Origin: Heptranchias perlo
Lineage: Eukaryota
Direction: 5' to 3'
Length of the DNA: 64,000 nt
Assembly (NCBI RefSeq): GCF_035084215.1
Contig: NW_027139581.1
Location: forward strand, 1,364,001-1,428,000
Position 1 is the first letter of the stretch. The number at the start of each line of letters is the position of its first letter. Made by a program: the position numbers and the translations under genes. Shown piece by piece: positions 1 through 12,424 of this stretch. Below the pieces are notes generated by a model, which worked only from the letters and a program-made list of their open reading frames with translations, was not told the DNA's origin and made no database searches.

Positions 1-321
1 CCATTTATGTGGAGTGCACCCATTCCGATCAGGCCCACAGTCGCTACTTTCATTGACAGGTTTGCCCATTTTGCAGGGCGGCCATTTCGTTGAAGTCCAG
101 TTGAGCTCTTTCGTGCCGCCTGTTGGAGCAACAATTCATGTGTTGTCTGCAGAGCGAATCACGCCTCAATGGGGCAGATTATCAATATAATGTAACATCA
201 GAATCAGATGTAAAATTATTTCAGCGAATATAAAATGTACTTTCCATCCGGTGGGTTGTGCAGGGGGTGGAGTATGAAATGGCTTTAAATAGTTATTGTG
301 CTTGAAACCCTTCAGCCCTTT

Positions 322-1225
322 CTACGATTTAACGAATTTAACAATTAGATTGAGTGGGTATTTCACCGCGTTCTTCAGCTCCTCTCTGAATTTAGACTGG
401 GTCAGGACATAAATACACGTGTTTGTGCAGGAACTGAGAAGCTGCAGCATTCCTGATGTGGCTTCTGTGATATAACGAGGGTCAGTGTAGGAATTATAAT
501 ACCGAGTGAGTGTAATTCGCCGATAAATGTTATTTACAACCTGGGTCACCCATAATAGGATAAAACTGCCCGATATACTGAAGAGTAAAATGATGGATTT
601 ATTTCGGTTCTCCATCTCTGGATCCTTCTGATTCTCTTCATTGCTGCGGCCCCGGAGTCCCCTGCTGACTCGACTGGCCACTAAAATACGTCTGACCGTC
701 AGAACATTGAGCAGCAAAATCAGAAAGAACGGGACACAAGGGGTTAAAATTAGGTGAACGAACTCATATGCGGCCCACACTGGGGAAGTGCGGAAGTTCA
801 GTTTAAAGACACAATCCCGGGGAACATTATCAATTATAAGGTAAGGTTGATATATGAAGTACCAGGGAACGCTCTCTAAACAGCCCAACACACTCACTGT
901 TCCTATAACTACAGCCGCCATTTTCTCGGTGCAATATTTTGTTTTAAGATTCTCACAACAAATGGCCAAAAATCGATTAAAGGTGAAAGCGACTGTGAGC
1001 CAGACAGAAACCACTGTGGCTGCAGAACCAAAGAACATAATGGGACGACACACGGGAGTAATGAACAAGAATGAATTGGGGAAATAACTTAGACCAACCC
1101 GTGTCAATATCAGATCAGTGATCACGACCAGGAGATCGGCCGCTGCCATTCCCAGCAGGTAGCGACTGATGCACTTGGAGAGCCCGCACTTTCCTCGGGA
1201 CAGGATCACAATCGCAAAAAGTTAA
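322..1225 (-). pseudogene. Orphan class A GPCR (GPR139/GPR142-like), copy A, exon 2; probable pseudogene (1-nt deletion after the acceptor) or assembly error
   Basis: 7TM-type ORF about 90% identical to 8941-9840. The acceptor tacag at 1230-1226 is followed by TT AAC TTT TTG CGA TTG TGA, a stop in the spliced frame, versus TA AAC TTG TTG GCG ATT GTG in copy B. The DRF motif reads NRF. Confidence 0.8.
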
Positions 1226-3644
1226 CTGTAAGAGAGAGAAAAGGAAGCAGAGAAATTACTGATCAGACCTGGAGCCAAAGCAGCAATTTGACAGGATCTG
1301 GGGTTAAATTTCCAGCTTTGTTGCTGCATCGAACGGTGGAAACTGATTCATTCACCTGGGCAGCGCTCTCGGGCAGAGAAATGTTTATAAACTCAATTAT
1401 CAATAACGAATTGTGAGAGCGATAAAGAAAGTGAATAAATGAGCACTGGATCCACTGGAAGGGCCGAGTGAGAGCGCAGTGCCGGTGGGGAAGAGAGAAG
1501 GAGTTTTAGCGAGCGGGAATCCGGGTTAAAGCCGAATTTGGGCTCCAGACTGACGGGAAAGAGAGCGAAGGCCGGAAAGGTAAGGGGACAGGGGGAGGAG
1601 CAGCGGGTTTGTTGCCCTGGATTAAGAGAACCGACAGAGGCTGACACAAAACGGGATAAGACCGAAAGCGGTGGCCGTGAGTTTGAGGCTTCGGATCGGA
1701 TTGGAAGAGGCAGCTGGAGACAGAGGCAATGAGTGAGATTGGGAGGTGGACAAGGAAAAGGACATGTCGGAGCAGGAGGGGAGTTAGGAGTAGATTGTTT
1801 GAGAAAGCGGATAAACTGAAGCAATGGATGAGGAGACAGAGGATTCAATGTGGTGGTTGGAGAGGCTGGGATTCACAGGGAGAGACTGCAGCAGAGTGTG
1901 AGAGGAAATCTAATCTATCGGTCCCACTAACACAATCCAACTAATACACTGAACGGTTCACTTCAGTGGTTATTGGTGTCAGGGAACAGCTGGTTGGATA
2001 TAAAATGTATTCATTAAATTTACTTTGCACATTCAATTAAAACTAAATTAAAATATATGAATTAAATCAACCACGTTCTTCAGTGAATTCTGCTGATTCT
2101 GAGTTTTTGAATACAGTATCCTAATAATTCATTAGGATCAAGAAATCACGAATTCTATTCTTTAAATACATTTGAATTATGTTTATTTATTCAGTCAGTG
2201 AATAAGGAAAAGTAACAATCACCAAAACAGACTGAGGCCCTGATAGCGATAAACACACCCAGCGAGAGTGCAATAAAACTCTCACAATCTGACAACTTCC
2301 TGTTGACATCCTCAAGTCACATTTCCTCTTCATAATTGTACTGGAAGCTTCAACAGTTCATTCCGATGAATGATTCACCGCATGGCCGCTTTATCTCTGT
2401 CTCTCTCCCATTCTCTTTCTCTCTTTCTCTCTCTCTTCTCACGTTCTTTCTCCCCCTCCCTCTCGTTTTCCGTCTCCGTCTCTGTCTCTATCGCTTCTCT
2501 ATCTATTATTCTGCCCTCTCTACTCTTTCTCAATGCCCCTTTTCACATCCGATTCAATCCTAACATCCTGCAGCACATTCTGTTCACCAGCGCGGTGTTC
2601 CACGGATCCTATTCTCAGTGTCAGTTTGTAAAATTGTGAATCCTCTATGGAATAGTTTAATGTTACTACAGAAGATCCAAGTCTCCACCTGTTCACCTAC
2701 ACTGTTAACTTCATCTGCAAATCATGGAAGAAACAGAATCAAATGCCCCTTCCAGACAGACCTCACAATAATTGAAATTCCTTCTCCTGTAATTATAAAG
2801 TACACCATTAGATGGAGCTGTTGTTCAATTCACAAAACGCCAACATCACCGCTGCTGCAAAGAATCGACAGATAAATAGAAGGGCTCAGGATTCCAATGG
2901 ATAAAGTGCAAACTGGTTTATCATACCCTCAAAACATTGCATTTTACAATGAACTCATCCACCGTGACACAGAGAAGGAGATGTGAAAGATTCAGCAGCA
3001 AACTCATTTCAATAGCCAGAACTTTGGAGCTGCGCCAGATACACACAATGAAATAATATTTCATAAGAGTGAGAACCAATAAATACATTGAAATCCCAGT
3101 TAAGCTGAACCATGTTATTGGGGAGGAGGGACATTGCGCTGCCTCCTTGTAACACTGAGACCGTGAGCTGTCTCGTCATCAATCATTCAAAACACATTTT
3201 TGAAAAAATACTGCAGGACACGTTCGTTCCACAACATGAAACTGTTCCGAGCTCCTGATGGTCTGATACCAGCTCTTAGCCCAGACACCTGATTCCAATA
3301 CATTTAGCACAGAGAATAATTCAGTGACAATGCCAGGGTTGGACATAAAACGTTCATTACAGATATAATGGAATTGCTGCAAGACCGAAAGTTTACAATT
3401 TAAGAGATGCCATTATTGAACAGTACACTTAGTGCAGACAATTATCCAGTAACAAGGTCAGGGTTGGATACACAAAGATCATTACTGCTCAGTCCTGTAA
3501 CTGAAAGAGCGGAGACTCCATCAGTTAACTGGTAGAACAGAACAGGCGACTGTGTGAGACATTCAGGGAGCAAAAATATTTTGCCAAGTACAGCAGCACA
3601 GTTAACACCGATTTACACCATTAACAGCTGAGATAACAGCTTAC

Positions 3645-3714
3645 CCGGCACTCCAATTACTGCAAGGGCAGGATAGTAAATATCTTCTATCTGATAAATT
3701 ATTGGATATTCCAT
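3645..3714 (-). CDS. GPCR copy A, exon 1 (MEYPIIYQIEDIYYPALAVIGVP)
   Basis: ATG at 3714, 23 codons plus 1 nt, GTAAG donor; encodes the first half of TM1; mirrors 6303-6372. Confidence 0.85.
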
Positions 3715-4259
3715 TTCTGTGAGAAGCAGTCACTTCCGTTGTTCTGGAAACCATAACTCTGGCAGGTACTCTGAGCTGATACATTCCAATGAACCCTGAT
3801 TTATACAGGGGACAAGACTTCACTGACACGGTTATACTCGTGATCATTGCTATTAGTTACAGTCACTTAAACAAACACATTACATCAGCAGCTTTGACTC
3901 TGATATAAATAATGTGGTGGATATAACACAAAAATCTCAAAGTCCAGGACATTATCTTAATGAGACCTCTCTCAGGAATAAAGTTAAAATCTGTGCTCAT
4001 ACAGGACTGATCCAACAATAATGAGCGGCTTCATTTACAGTTTTCATATAATTGTATTGGCCATGTTCACTCTTAGCGATTCATTTATAATTTATACCGA
4101 TTTATCCGCCGTGTCCATCAAATCCAGGGTCTCAACCAGACCCGTTCCACTCTTTTCCTGCAGTTTCCCAGTTATAATATGAATTCTGAGTCTGGCAAGA
4201 GTGCCACCCACTGAATCACAGCTGACATTGAAAGGGAGTAATGTAGATGGAGCGGCTTA

Positions 4260-5640
4260 GGGAGCACATTCTGGGGCGTGGATGTGGCTTAACGATCAGC
4301 TGCCAAAAGTAGGGCAAAGAGACTGTGGATACACAAGCAGCCAGAGGTGGACGAGAAGGGCGAGGGGCTGTAAAGATGGAGGAGATTGCAGAGATAGGGA
4401 GGGGTGAGGCTTTTATGTATTTCAGCGTAAGAAAGAAAAAAAAATAAAGACTTAGGAGACTGGAAGCCAATGCAGATGAGTCGGGGATTGGAAGATTGGT
4501 GAAGGAGTTAATGAGGGATACGTTACAGGGAGCAAAGCTTTGGATGAGTTGAAGTTTTTCGAGATGCCAGAGAGGAGAAGAAAGGCCATAGAGGGTAGAA
4601 AGGCATGGCTAAGGGTTTTAGAAGCTTAGCAGGGTGAGTGGAACGGGCGTTATTAAGGACCTGGAAGTCGGCGGTCTTTGTGATGGAGAGGATATGGGGT
4701 CAGAAGCTCAGCACGGGGTCGAATGGGACGTAAAAGTTACGAACATTCAGATTCAGCCTCAGACTAAAGCCAGGCATGGGGATGGAATCAGTGCCGAGGA
4801 TGTGGAGATTGTGCGACCAAAGATCATGACATTCCAATGAAATTGGAGGAAATTTAAAACAGGATGTCGATCTGATAACACAAAGACATTGCAAGGATCG
4901 AGGGAGGAGGTTGTTTTGTCAGTGTTCATCTGAAAGGAGGTCCATGTTTGTGGACGAAGTCACCAAAGGGGCAGCATGTAGATGAGGACAAGGAGGGAGC
5001 CAAGGATTGAACCTTTAGAGACGTCAGAGGTAACGGTGATCGGGTGGGAAGAGAAGCTTCTCCTGGTTACGATCAGATAGGTGAGTGGAAACAAGCGAGG
5101 GTCGTCCCACCAAAAGAGGCCAAAGTCTGATGAGCGAGGAGGTCATGAGTGGATTTGCTGTCGGTGCATAGGGAAATGTGCAGGGCTATGGGGAAAGAGC
5201 AGGCGGGTGGGACGAATTGGATAGTTCTTTCAAAGAGCCGGCACAAGCACGATGGGTCGAATGGCCTCCATCAAATTCTATGATTTTATTTGTGGAGGAG
5301 ACGAGGGGGATGCAGAGGGGTGGGTCATGGACGGATTTAAATTCAAGGATGAGGATTCTAAATTTCAGGGATATGGGAGTGGGAGCCAGTGAGGGTCAGT
5401 GAGGCCGAGCGGGACCTGGTGCTGGTTGGTCACAGGCAACAGAGTTTTGGACGAGCTCAGGTTTATGGAAGGTGGAGGATCGGTGGCCGGACAGGACTGT
5501 ATTGGAGGAATGGAGTCTGGAAGGGACAGAGGCATGGATGAGGGTTTCAATGGCAATGGGCTGAGGAAGGAAAGGAGGCGGGTGAGGGAAACAGGGGGCC
5601 TTTGTGATGGAGGTCAAATCAGGTCATGAGCTCAGCTCGG
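4260..5640 (-). mobile_element. Old L2-type LINE fragments (plus a short CR1 tail near 5170-5290) forming the palindrome spacer
   Basis: Degenerate similarity to the L2 copies at 34550-35200 and 39320-40400 (e.g. gcagagttttgga..gagctcaggtttatgg). Confidence 0.6.
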
Positions 5641-6211
5641 CGTTACACGGGGCTAACTTTACTGGACACGTTAACCAATGCAGAATAAACGGGTAAACAT
5701 CTGAAGTAAAATAGCGGAGAGTGGAATCTCAATGGGGCACTTTCAGTCTCCGTCCCCTAATATCACCCACAGTCATTTCTAGGCTGCAATCCTCAACCTG
5801 CCCTTTAGCTCTCCGCGTGTTAAGGAATCAAAATTCAGATTTTGATTGGAAAACTGCAGGAACAGAGTGAAACGGGTCTGGTTGAGTCCCTGGATTCAAT
5901 GTGCACTGCGGATAAATCGGTATACATTATAAATGAATCGCCAAGAGTGAACATGGCCAATACAATTATATGAAAACTGTAAATGAAGCCGCTCATTATT
6001 GTTGGATCAGTCCTGTATGAGCACAGGTTTTAACTTTATTCATGAGAGAGGCCTCATTAAGATAATGTCCTGGACTTTGAGATGTTTGTGTTATATCCAC
6101 CACATTATTTATATCAGAGTCAAAGCTGCTGATGTAATGTGTTTGTTCAAGTGACTGTAACTAATAGCAATGATCACGGGTATAACCGTGTCAGTGGAGT
6201 CTTATCCCGTG

Positions 6212-6218
6212 TATAAAT
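6212..6218 (+). promoter_or_regulatory. TATA box of GPCR copy B (mirrored near 3799-3805 for copy A)
   Basis: TATAAAT about 90 nt upstream of the ATG at 6303; conserved in both arms. Confidence 0.55.
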
Positions 6219-6302
6219 CAGGGTTCATTGGAATGTATCAGCTCAGAGTGCCTGCCGGAGTTATGTTTACCAGACCAACAGAAGTGACCGCTTCTCACAG
6301 TA

Positions 6303-6372
6303 ATGGGATATCCAGTAATGTTTCAGATTGAAGACATTTACTATCCTGCCCTTTCAGCCGTTGGAGTGCCGG
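6303..6372 (+). CDS. GPCR copy B, exon 1 (MGYPVMFQIEDIYYPALSAVGVP)
   Basis: ATG at 6303; phase-1 GTAAG donor at 6373; splices in frame to 8936. Confidence 0.9.
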
Positions 6373-7453
6373 GTAAGCTGTTATCTCAGTTGTTAATGGT
6401 ATAAATCGGTGTTAACTGTGCTGCTGTACTTGGCGAAATATCTTTTCTCCCTGCATGTTTTACACAGTGGCTTGTTGTGTTCTACCAGTTGAATGATGGA
6501 ATGTGTTAAGTTGGTCTTGTAGGAGCTGGTCTGTAATGAACTTTGTAAATACAAACCTGGCATTGTTACTGGGTGTACTGAATGTAAACTACTCTGTACT
6601 GAATGTCCTGTTCAATAATGGTATCTCCTAAACTTCGAAACGTTCGGTCTTGTCGCAATTCCATTATATCTGTCGTGGCCTTTGTATATTCCAAACTGGC
6701 ATTGTTCCGGGATTATTCTCTGTACTGAATGGATTGGAATCAGGTGTCAGGGCTAAGAGCTGGTATCAGACCATCAGGAGCTGTTAACAGTTTCATGTTG
6801 TGGAACGAACGTGCCCTGGAATATTTTTTCATTAATGTGTTTTCAGTGATAGATAATGGGACAGCTCACGGTCTCAGTGTTACAAGGAGGCAGCGCAATG
6901 TCCCCCCTCCCCAATAACATGGTGCAGTTTAACAGGGGTTTCAGTGTTTTTTTTGGTTATCACTTATAAAATGTTATTTCATTGTTTGTATCTGGCGCAG
7001 CTCCAGAGGTCTGGTTACTGAACTGAGTTTGCTGCTGAATCTTTCACATCTCCTTCTCTACTTCACTGTGGATGGATTCATTCTAAAATACAATGTTTTG
7101 GTGTTATGCTGTGTCAGTTTGCACTGAGTCTGTTGGAATCCAGAGCCCTCTCTTTGTCATGGATTCGAAGCGGTGACGTTGGCGTTTTGTTAATTGAACA
7201 ACACCGCCATCTAATGGTGTACTTTATAATTACAGGAGAAGGAATTTCAATTATTGTGCAGTCTGTCTGGAAGAGGCATTTGATTCTGTTTCTTTCATGA
7301 TTTGCAGATGAAGTGAACAGTGTAGGCGAACAGGAGGAAACTTGGATGATCTGTAGTAAAATTAAACTATTCCACAGAGGCTTCACTATTTAATAAACTG
7401 ACACTGAGAATAGGATCGGTGGAACACGGGGCTGGTGAACAGAATGTCGGGGC

Positions 7454-7913
7454 AGGATGTTAGGATTGAATCGGATGTGAAAAGGGGCATTGAGAAAGAG
7501 TAGAGATGGCAGAATAATAGATAGAGGAGCGAGAGTGCAATAAAACTCTCGCAATCTGACAACTTCCTATTAACATCTTCAAGTCACTTTACTTCTTCAT
7601 ATTTGTACTGGAAGTTTCAGCAGTTCATTCCGATGAATGATTCACCCTGCTGCCACTCTCTCCCTCTCTCTACCTGTCTCTCTCCATCTCTATCCCCGTC
7701 TCTCTCGCTCTCTGTCTCTCCCTCTCACTCTCTCTCTCTCTCCCGATGTCTCTCTCTATCTCTATGTCTCTCTTTCTCTTCTCGCGCTCCTCCTAACCCC
7801 TCCTCTCGATTTCCCTCTCAGTCTCTGTCTCTACCGCCCTCTATCTATTATTCTGCCATCTCTACTCTCTTTCTCAATGCCCCTTTTCACATCCGATACA
7901 ATCCCAACATCCT
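7454..7913. repeat. Intronic cassette bounded by ~74-bp inverted repeats (7454-7527 / 7838-7913)
   Basis: aggatgttaggattgaatcggatgtg...atagagg is the reverse complement of cctctatctattattctgcc...aacatcct. Confidence 0.85.
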
Positions 7914-8935
7914 CAGCGCCTCAGTCTGTTTTGGTGAATGTTACTTTTCCTTATTCACTGAATGAATAAATAAACATAATTCAAATGTATTTAAAGAATA
8001 GAATCAGTGATTTCTTGATCCTAATGAATTATTAAGATAGTGTATTCTAAAAACTCGGTATCGGCGGAATTCAATGAAGAACGAGGTGGATTTAATTCAT
8101 ACATTTCAATTTAATTTTAATTGAATGTGCAAAGTAAATTTAATGAACACATTTTATACCCGATGAGCTGTTCACTGACACCAATAACCACTGAAGTGAA
8201 GTGTTGAATTTATTAGTTGGATTGTGTTAGTGGGGTCTATAGATTAGATTTCCTCTCACACTCTGCTGCAGTCTCTCCCTGTGAATCCCAGCCTCTCCCA
8301 CCACCACAGTGAATCCTCTGTCTCCTCATCCATTGCTTCAGTTTATCCACTTTCTCAAACAACCTGCTCCTGACTCCCCTCCTGCTCCGACATGTCCTTT
8401 TCCTTGTCTCTCTCCGATCTCACTCATTGCCTCGGTCTCCAGCTGACTCTTCCAATCCGATCCAAAGCCTCAAACTCACCGCCGCGACTCTCGACCTTTC
8501 CTTGTTTTGTGCCAGCCCCTGTCGGCGCTCTGAACCCAGAGAAACAAACCAGCTGCACCCCCCACCCTGTCCCCTCACCTTTCTGGCCTTCGCTCTCTTT
8601 CCCGTCAGTCTGGAGCCCAAATCCGGCTTTAACCCGTTGGATACCAGCTCGGTAAAACTCCGTCTCCCTTCCCCACCGGCACTGCGCTCTCACTCGGCCC
8701 TTCCAGTGGATCCAGTGCTCATTTATTCACTTTCTTTATCGCTCTCACAATTCATAATTGATAATTGAGTTTAAAAACATTTCTCTGCCTGAAAGCGCTG
8801 CCCAGGTCAATGAATCAGTTTGCACCGTTCGATGCAGCAACAAAGCTGGAAACTTAACCTCAGATCCTGTCAAATTGCTGCTTTGGCTCCAGGTCTGATC
8901 AGTAATTTCTCTGCTTCCTTTTCTCTCACTTACAG

Positions 8936-9840
8936 TAAACTTGTTGGCGATTGTGATCCTGTCCCGTGGAAATTGCGGGCTCTCCAAGTGTATCAGTCGC
9001 TACCTGCTGGGAATGGCAGCGGCCGATCTCCTGGTCGTTATCACTGATCTGATATTGACACGGGTTGGTGGAATTTATTTCCCAGATTCATTTTTGTTCA
9101 TTACTCCCGTGTGTCGTCCCATTATGTTCTTGGGTTATGCAGCCACGGTGGTTTCTGTCTGGCTCACAGTCGCTTTCACCTTTGATCGATTTGTGGCCAT
9201 TTGTTGTGAGAATCTTAAAACAAAATATTGCACCGAGAAAATGGCGGCTGCAGTTATAGGAACAGTGAGTGTGTTGGGCTGTTTAGAGAGTGTTCCCTGG
9301 TACTTTATATATCAACCTTACCTTATAATTGATAATGTTCCCCGGTATTGTGTCTTTAAACTGAACTTCCGCACTTCCCCAGTGTGGGCCGCATTTGAGT
9401 TATTTCACCTCATTTTAACCCCTTGTGTCCCGTTCTTTCTGATTTTGCTGCTCAATTTTGTGACGGTCAGGCGCATTTTAGCAGCCAGTCGAGTCCGCAG
9501 GGGACTCCGGGGCCGCAGCAATGGAGAGAATCACAAGGATTCAGAGATGGAGAACCGAAAGAAATCCATCATTTTACTCTTCAGTATATCGGGCAGTTTT
9601 ATCCTATTATGGGTGACCCAGGTTGTAAATAACATTTATCGGCGAATGACAGACACTCGGTATTATAATTCCTACACTGACCCTCGTTATATCACAGAAT
9701 CCACATCAGTAATGCTGCAGCTTCTCAGTTCCTGCACAAACACGTGTATTTATGTCCTGACCCAGGCTAAATTCAGAGAGGAGCTGAAGAACGCGGTGAA
9801 ATACCCATTCAATCTAATTGTTAAATTAGTGAAATCATAG
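8936..9840 (+). CDS. Orphan class A GPCR (GPR139/GPR142-like), copy B, exon 2; intact, 324 aa when spliced
   Basis: Polypyrimidine tract plus tacag acceptor; TM1 GVPVN, TM2 MAAAD, TM3 FDRF, ECL2 Cys, TM5 Pro, TM7 NTCIY, helix 8 KFREEL. Confidence 0.92.
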
Positions 9841-10194
9841 AAAGAGCTGAAAGGTTTCAAGCACTAGAATTTTTCTAGCCATTTCATACTCCACCCATTG
9901 CACTTCCCACTGGATGGAAAGTACATTTTATATCAGCTGAAATATTCTTAAATCTGATTCTAACATTACATTATATTGATAATCCGACCTATTGAGGCGT
10001 GATTCGCTCTGCAGACAACACGTGAATTGTTGTTCAAACAAGCGGCACGAAAGAGCTCAGCTGGACTTCAACTAAACGGCCGCCCTGCAAAATGGGCAAA
10101 CTTGTCAATCAAATTAGTTGCTGTGGGCCTGATCAGAATGAGTGCACTCCACATAAATGGAGAGATAGGATGACAGAGAGAGATAGACAGACAG

Positions 10195-10329
10195 NNNNNN
10201 NNNNNNNNNNNNNNNNNNNNNNNNNNNNNNNNNNNNNNNNNNNNNNNNNNNNNNNNNNNNNNNNNNNNNNNNNNNNNNNNNNNNNNNNNNNNNNNNNNNN
10301 NNNNNNNNNNNNNNNNNNNNNNNNNNNNN
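10195..10329. other. Assembly gap
   Basis: 135 N. Confidence 1.
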
Positions 10330-11850
10330 CAGGGTTATACATAGAGATAACATTACATATAGAGGCAGATAGAAAGGGGAAATGAGAGACAGTTCGAGCC
10401 ATAAACAGAGAGAAAAGCTGATAATTGAGAAAGAAATCGTGAAGAAAGTGAAAGAAAGGAAGACGTAGAGAAATAGAAAGTGAAAGTGACTGAAGGGCAG
10501 AAAGGGGCAGAGAGAAAAGGACAGTTAACAAGTTAAAGAAAGACGTAAAGAAACAGCTTAAGAGATTTCGATGGAGAAACAGCTGGAGACAATCAAAAAA
10601 ATGAAATAACCAGAAAAGGGTGCAAGAGAGAGAGAAAGAATAAAGTGCAGAAACAGAGAGGGGGCAGGAAGATAAATAGAAAAGACAAGAGAGATGGAGA
10701 AACATGGAAGGAGAATATATAATGAGAAAGAAATACAGGGAGAAAAAGCACAGACAGGAAAGGAGCATGTATACATTAGAAAACAGAGACAGGGAATGAA
10801 TAACACAGATTAAGAGAAAGAGAGGGAGTTTACTAGCGAGAGAAATTTGAGAGAAACTGGTCGACAAATGGAGAAAGAAACTCAGAAGTGCAGATGGAAA
10901 GTTAGACAGAAAGTGAGAGGCACACAAGGAAAATTACAAAGAGAGATTGAAACAAGGCGATAGAAACAAAAGAGGTGAAGCAATGAGAACTGGAGACACA
11001 TAAAGATTCAGTGCAGGAGAGAGACAGACTGCAAAAGAGACAAAGTGAGACAACAAAAGAAAGAGGCGGATATTTGCTGGTCTACAAATGGACAATGTAA
11101 TTCATTAAAGCGGAATTTGTGCAGTGCCCTTTATATTAACACATCTCAAAACACTTTACACAATGAATTACTTCTGAGCTGCAGAGACAGCTATGTAAAC
11201 ACACGTGTAAATGAATATAATTACTATGTATGTGTCTGAACAGAAGAAATGGGTGTGTTTATGTTGATTTGCAAATATCCAATTGTACTGTTATTTTTTC
11301 TTCATTTGTATAAAAGATAATGTTGGACTAATGTGCAAGAATTAATGATACATTTACGTAGTCTGCGTACAACGAAATTAAAATTGATTGTGAATTCATA
11401 AAAAAGAAAGAGGCGGAGAAAGTGAAGAGAGAAATGCAGAAAAGGAGAGACAGAACAGAGAGAGTGAAAGGCAGAGCGAAAGAGAGAAAGAGTTGAAAAG
11501 GGGGTGAGAAGGCAAAAAAGACAGAAATAGACAGAGAGAGTGGGGAGAGAACGAGCGAGAGGGACAGCGAGGCAAATGGAAAGAAGAGATAAAGATGAAA
11601 GACAAAAACATCGAGATACAAAGAGTGAAGTAAAGGGTGACAGAGAAAAAGTATAGAGATGGAACAGTGATACAGAGACAGAAATTAAAAGAGGGTGAAG
11701 TAACAAGACAGAAAAATGCCAGAAATGAGGCTGAGAAAGATAAATATATTCACAGAGAGACAGAACCAATGAAAGACACAGATACAAAAAAAACAGCAAG
11801 GTAGAGACAGGAATGTGATTAACACACAGAGAGCATGAAATAATCATAAA
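10330..11850 (+). repeat. Degenerate GA/purine-rich low-complexity DNA
   Basis: Long AG-rich tracts; the antisense ORFs are F/S/L-rich artefacts. Confidence 0.8.
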
Positions 11851-12424
11851 ACAACTCATTGTAATCAGTTTGGAGTGGGTGAGTGCAGAAGCAGAACAGC
11901 AGCAGATGAAGCAGGCGAGCCAGTTAATGTCTGTTCTGGGGGAACAGATTTTGGGTTTAATTTTGACAGTTGTAAAGATGATGCCTGGAGGCTGCACAAT
12001 AAAGTCACTCAGTCTTGTGTAACTGACCCTGCCCTTTATTTACAGCAGGAGTTTTACCAGCTGCTCTGTACAGTGTGTAACTTTCCCAGTGACCTGCTGT
12101 ATTCTGTATTAAATCAGCTTGTACTCTTACCCCTTCTGTTGTGTTAGTAAACTGGACAGAGTCCCACATCACTGTGACAAAAAGCAAAATACTCCGAATC
12201 TGAAAGAACAAAGGTTATCGTTTCGGGCGTGGAGAATCTTGTTCACCAAAAATTGAAGACACAGACATAGTCATCCAAGCAGGAAAATAGGCGGGGATAT
12301 CTCCAACTATCGATATGAAACAATCTCGATTTATGTATGCAAACAATGCAAAGCAATAGAAGAATCATGGGTAGAGGGGTGGATGAGATTATCTCAGTCA
12401 AATAACCCCACGCAGAAGAAGAAA

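Larger units (their letters stand above)
1..10160. repeat. Large inverted segmental duplication (arms about 1-4185 and 5830-10160; spacer about 1.65 kb)
   Basis: 1-40 is the reverse complement of 10121-10160, and 4060-4185 of 5830-5960. Exons, introns and promoters are mirrored. Confidence 0.95.

Noticed and set aside
8305-8311. CACAGTG heptamer in the GPCR intron
   Set aside because: No nonamer at 12 or 23 bp, so there is no evidence of RAG-type rearrangement of the GPCR genes.
10133-11997. Long hydrophobic F/L/S-rich ORFs
   Set aside because: Antisense translation of GA-rich low-complexity DNA.
12170-12185. CACTGTG immediately followed by ACAAAAAGC (RSS heptamer/nonamer-like)
   Set aside because: Zero spacer; no valid 12- or 23-bp pairing in either orientation, and no V/D/J segment nearby.
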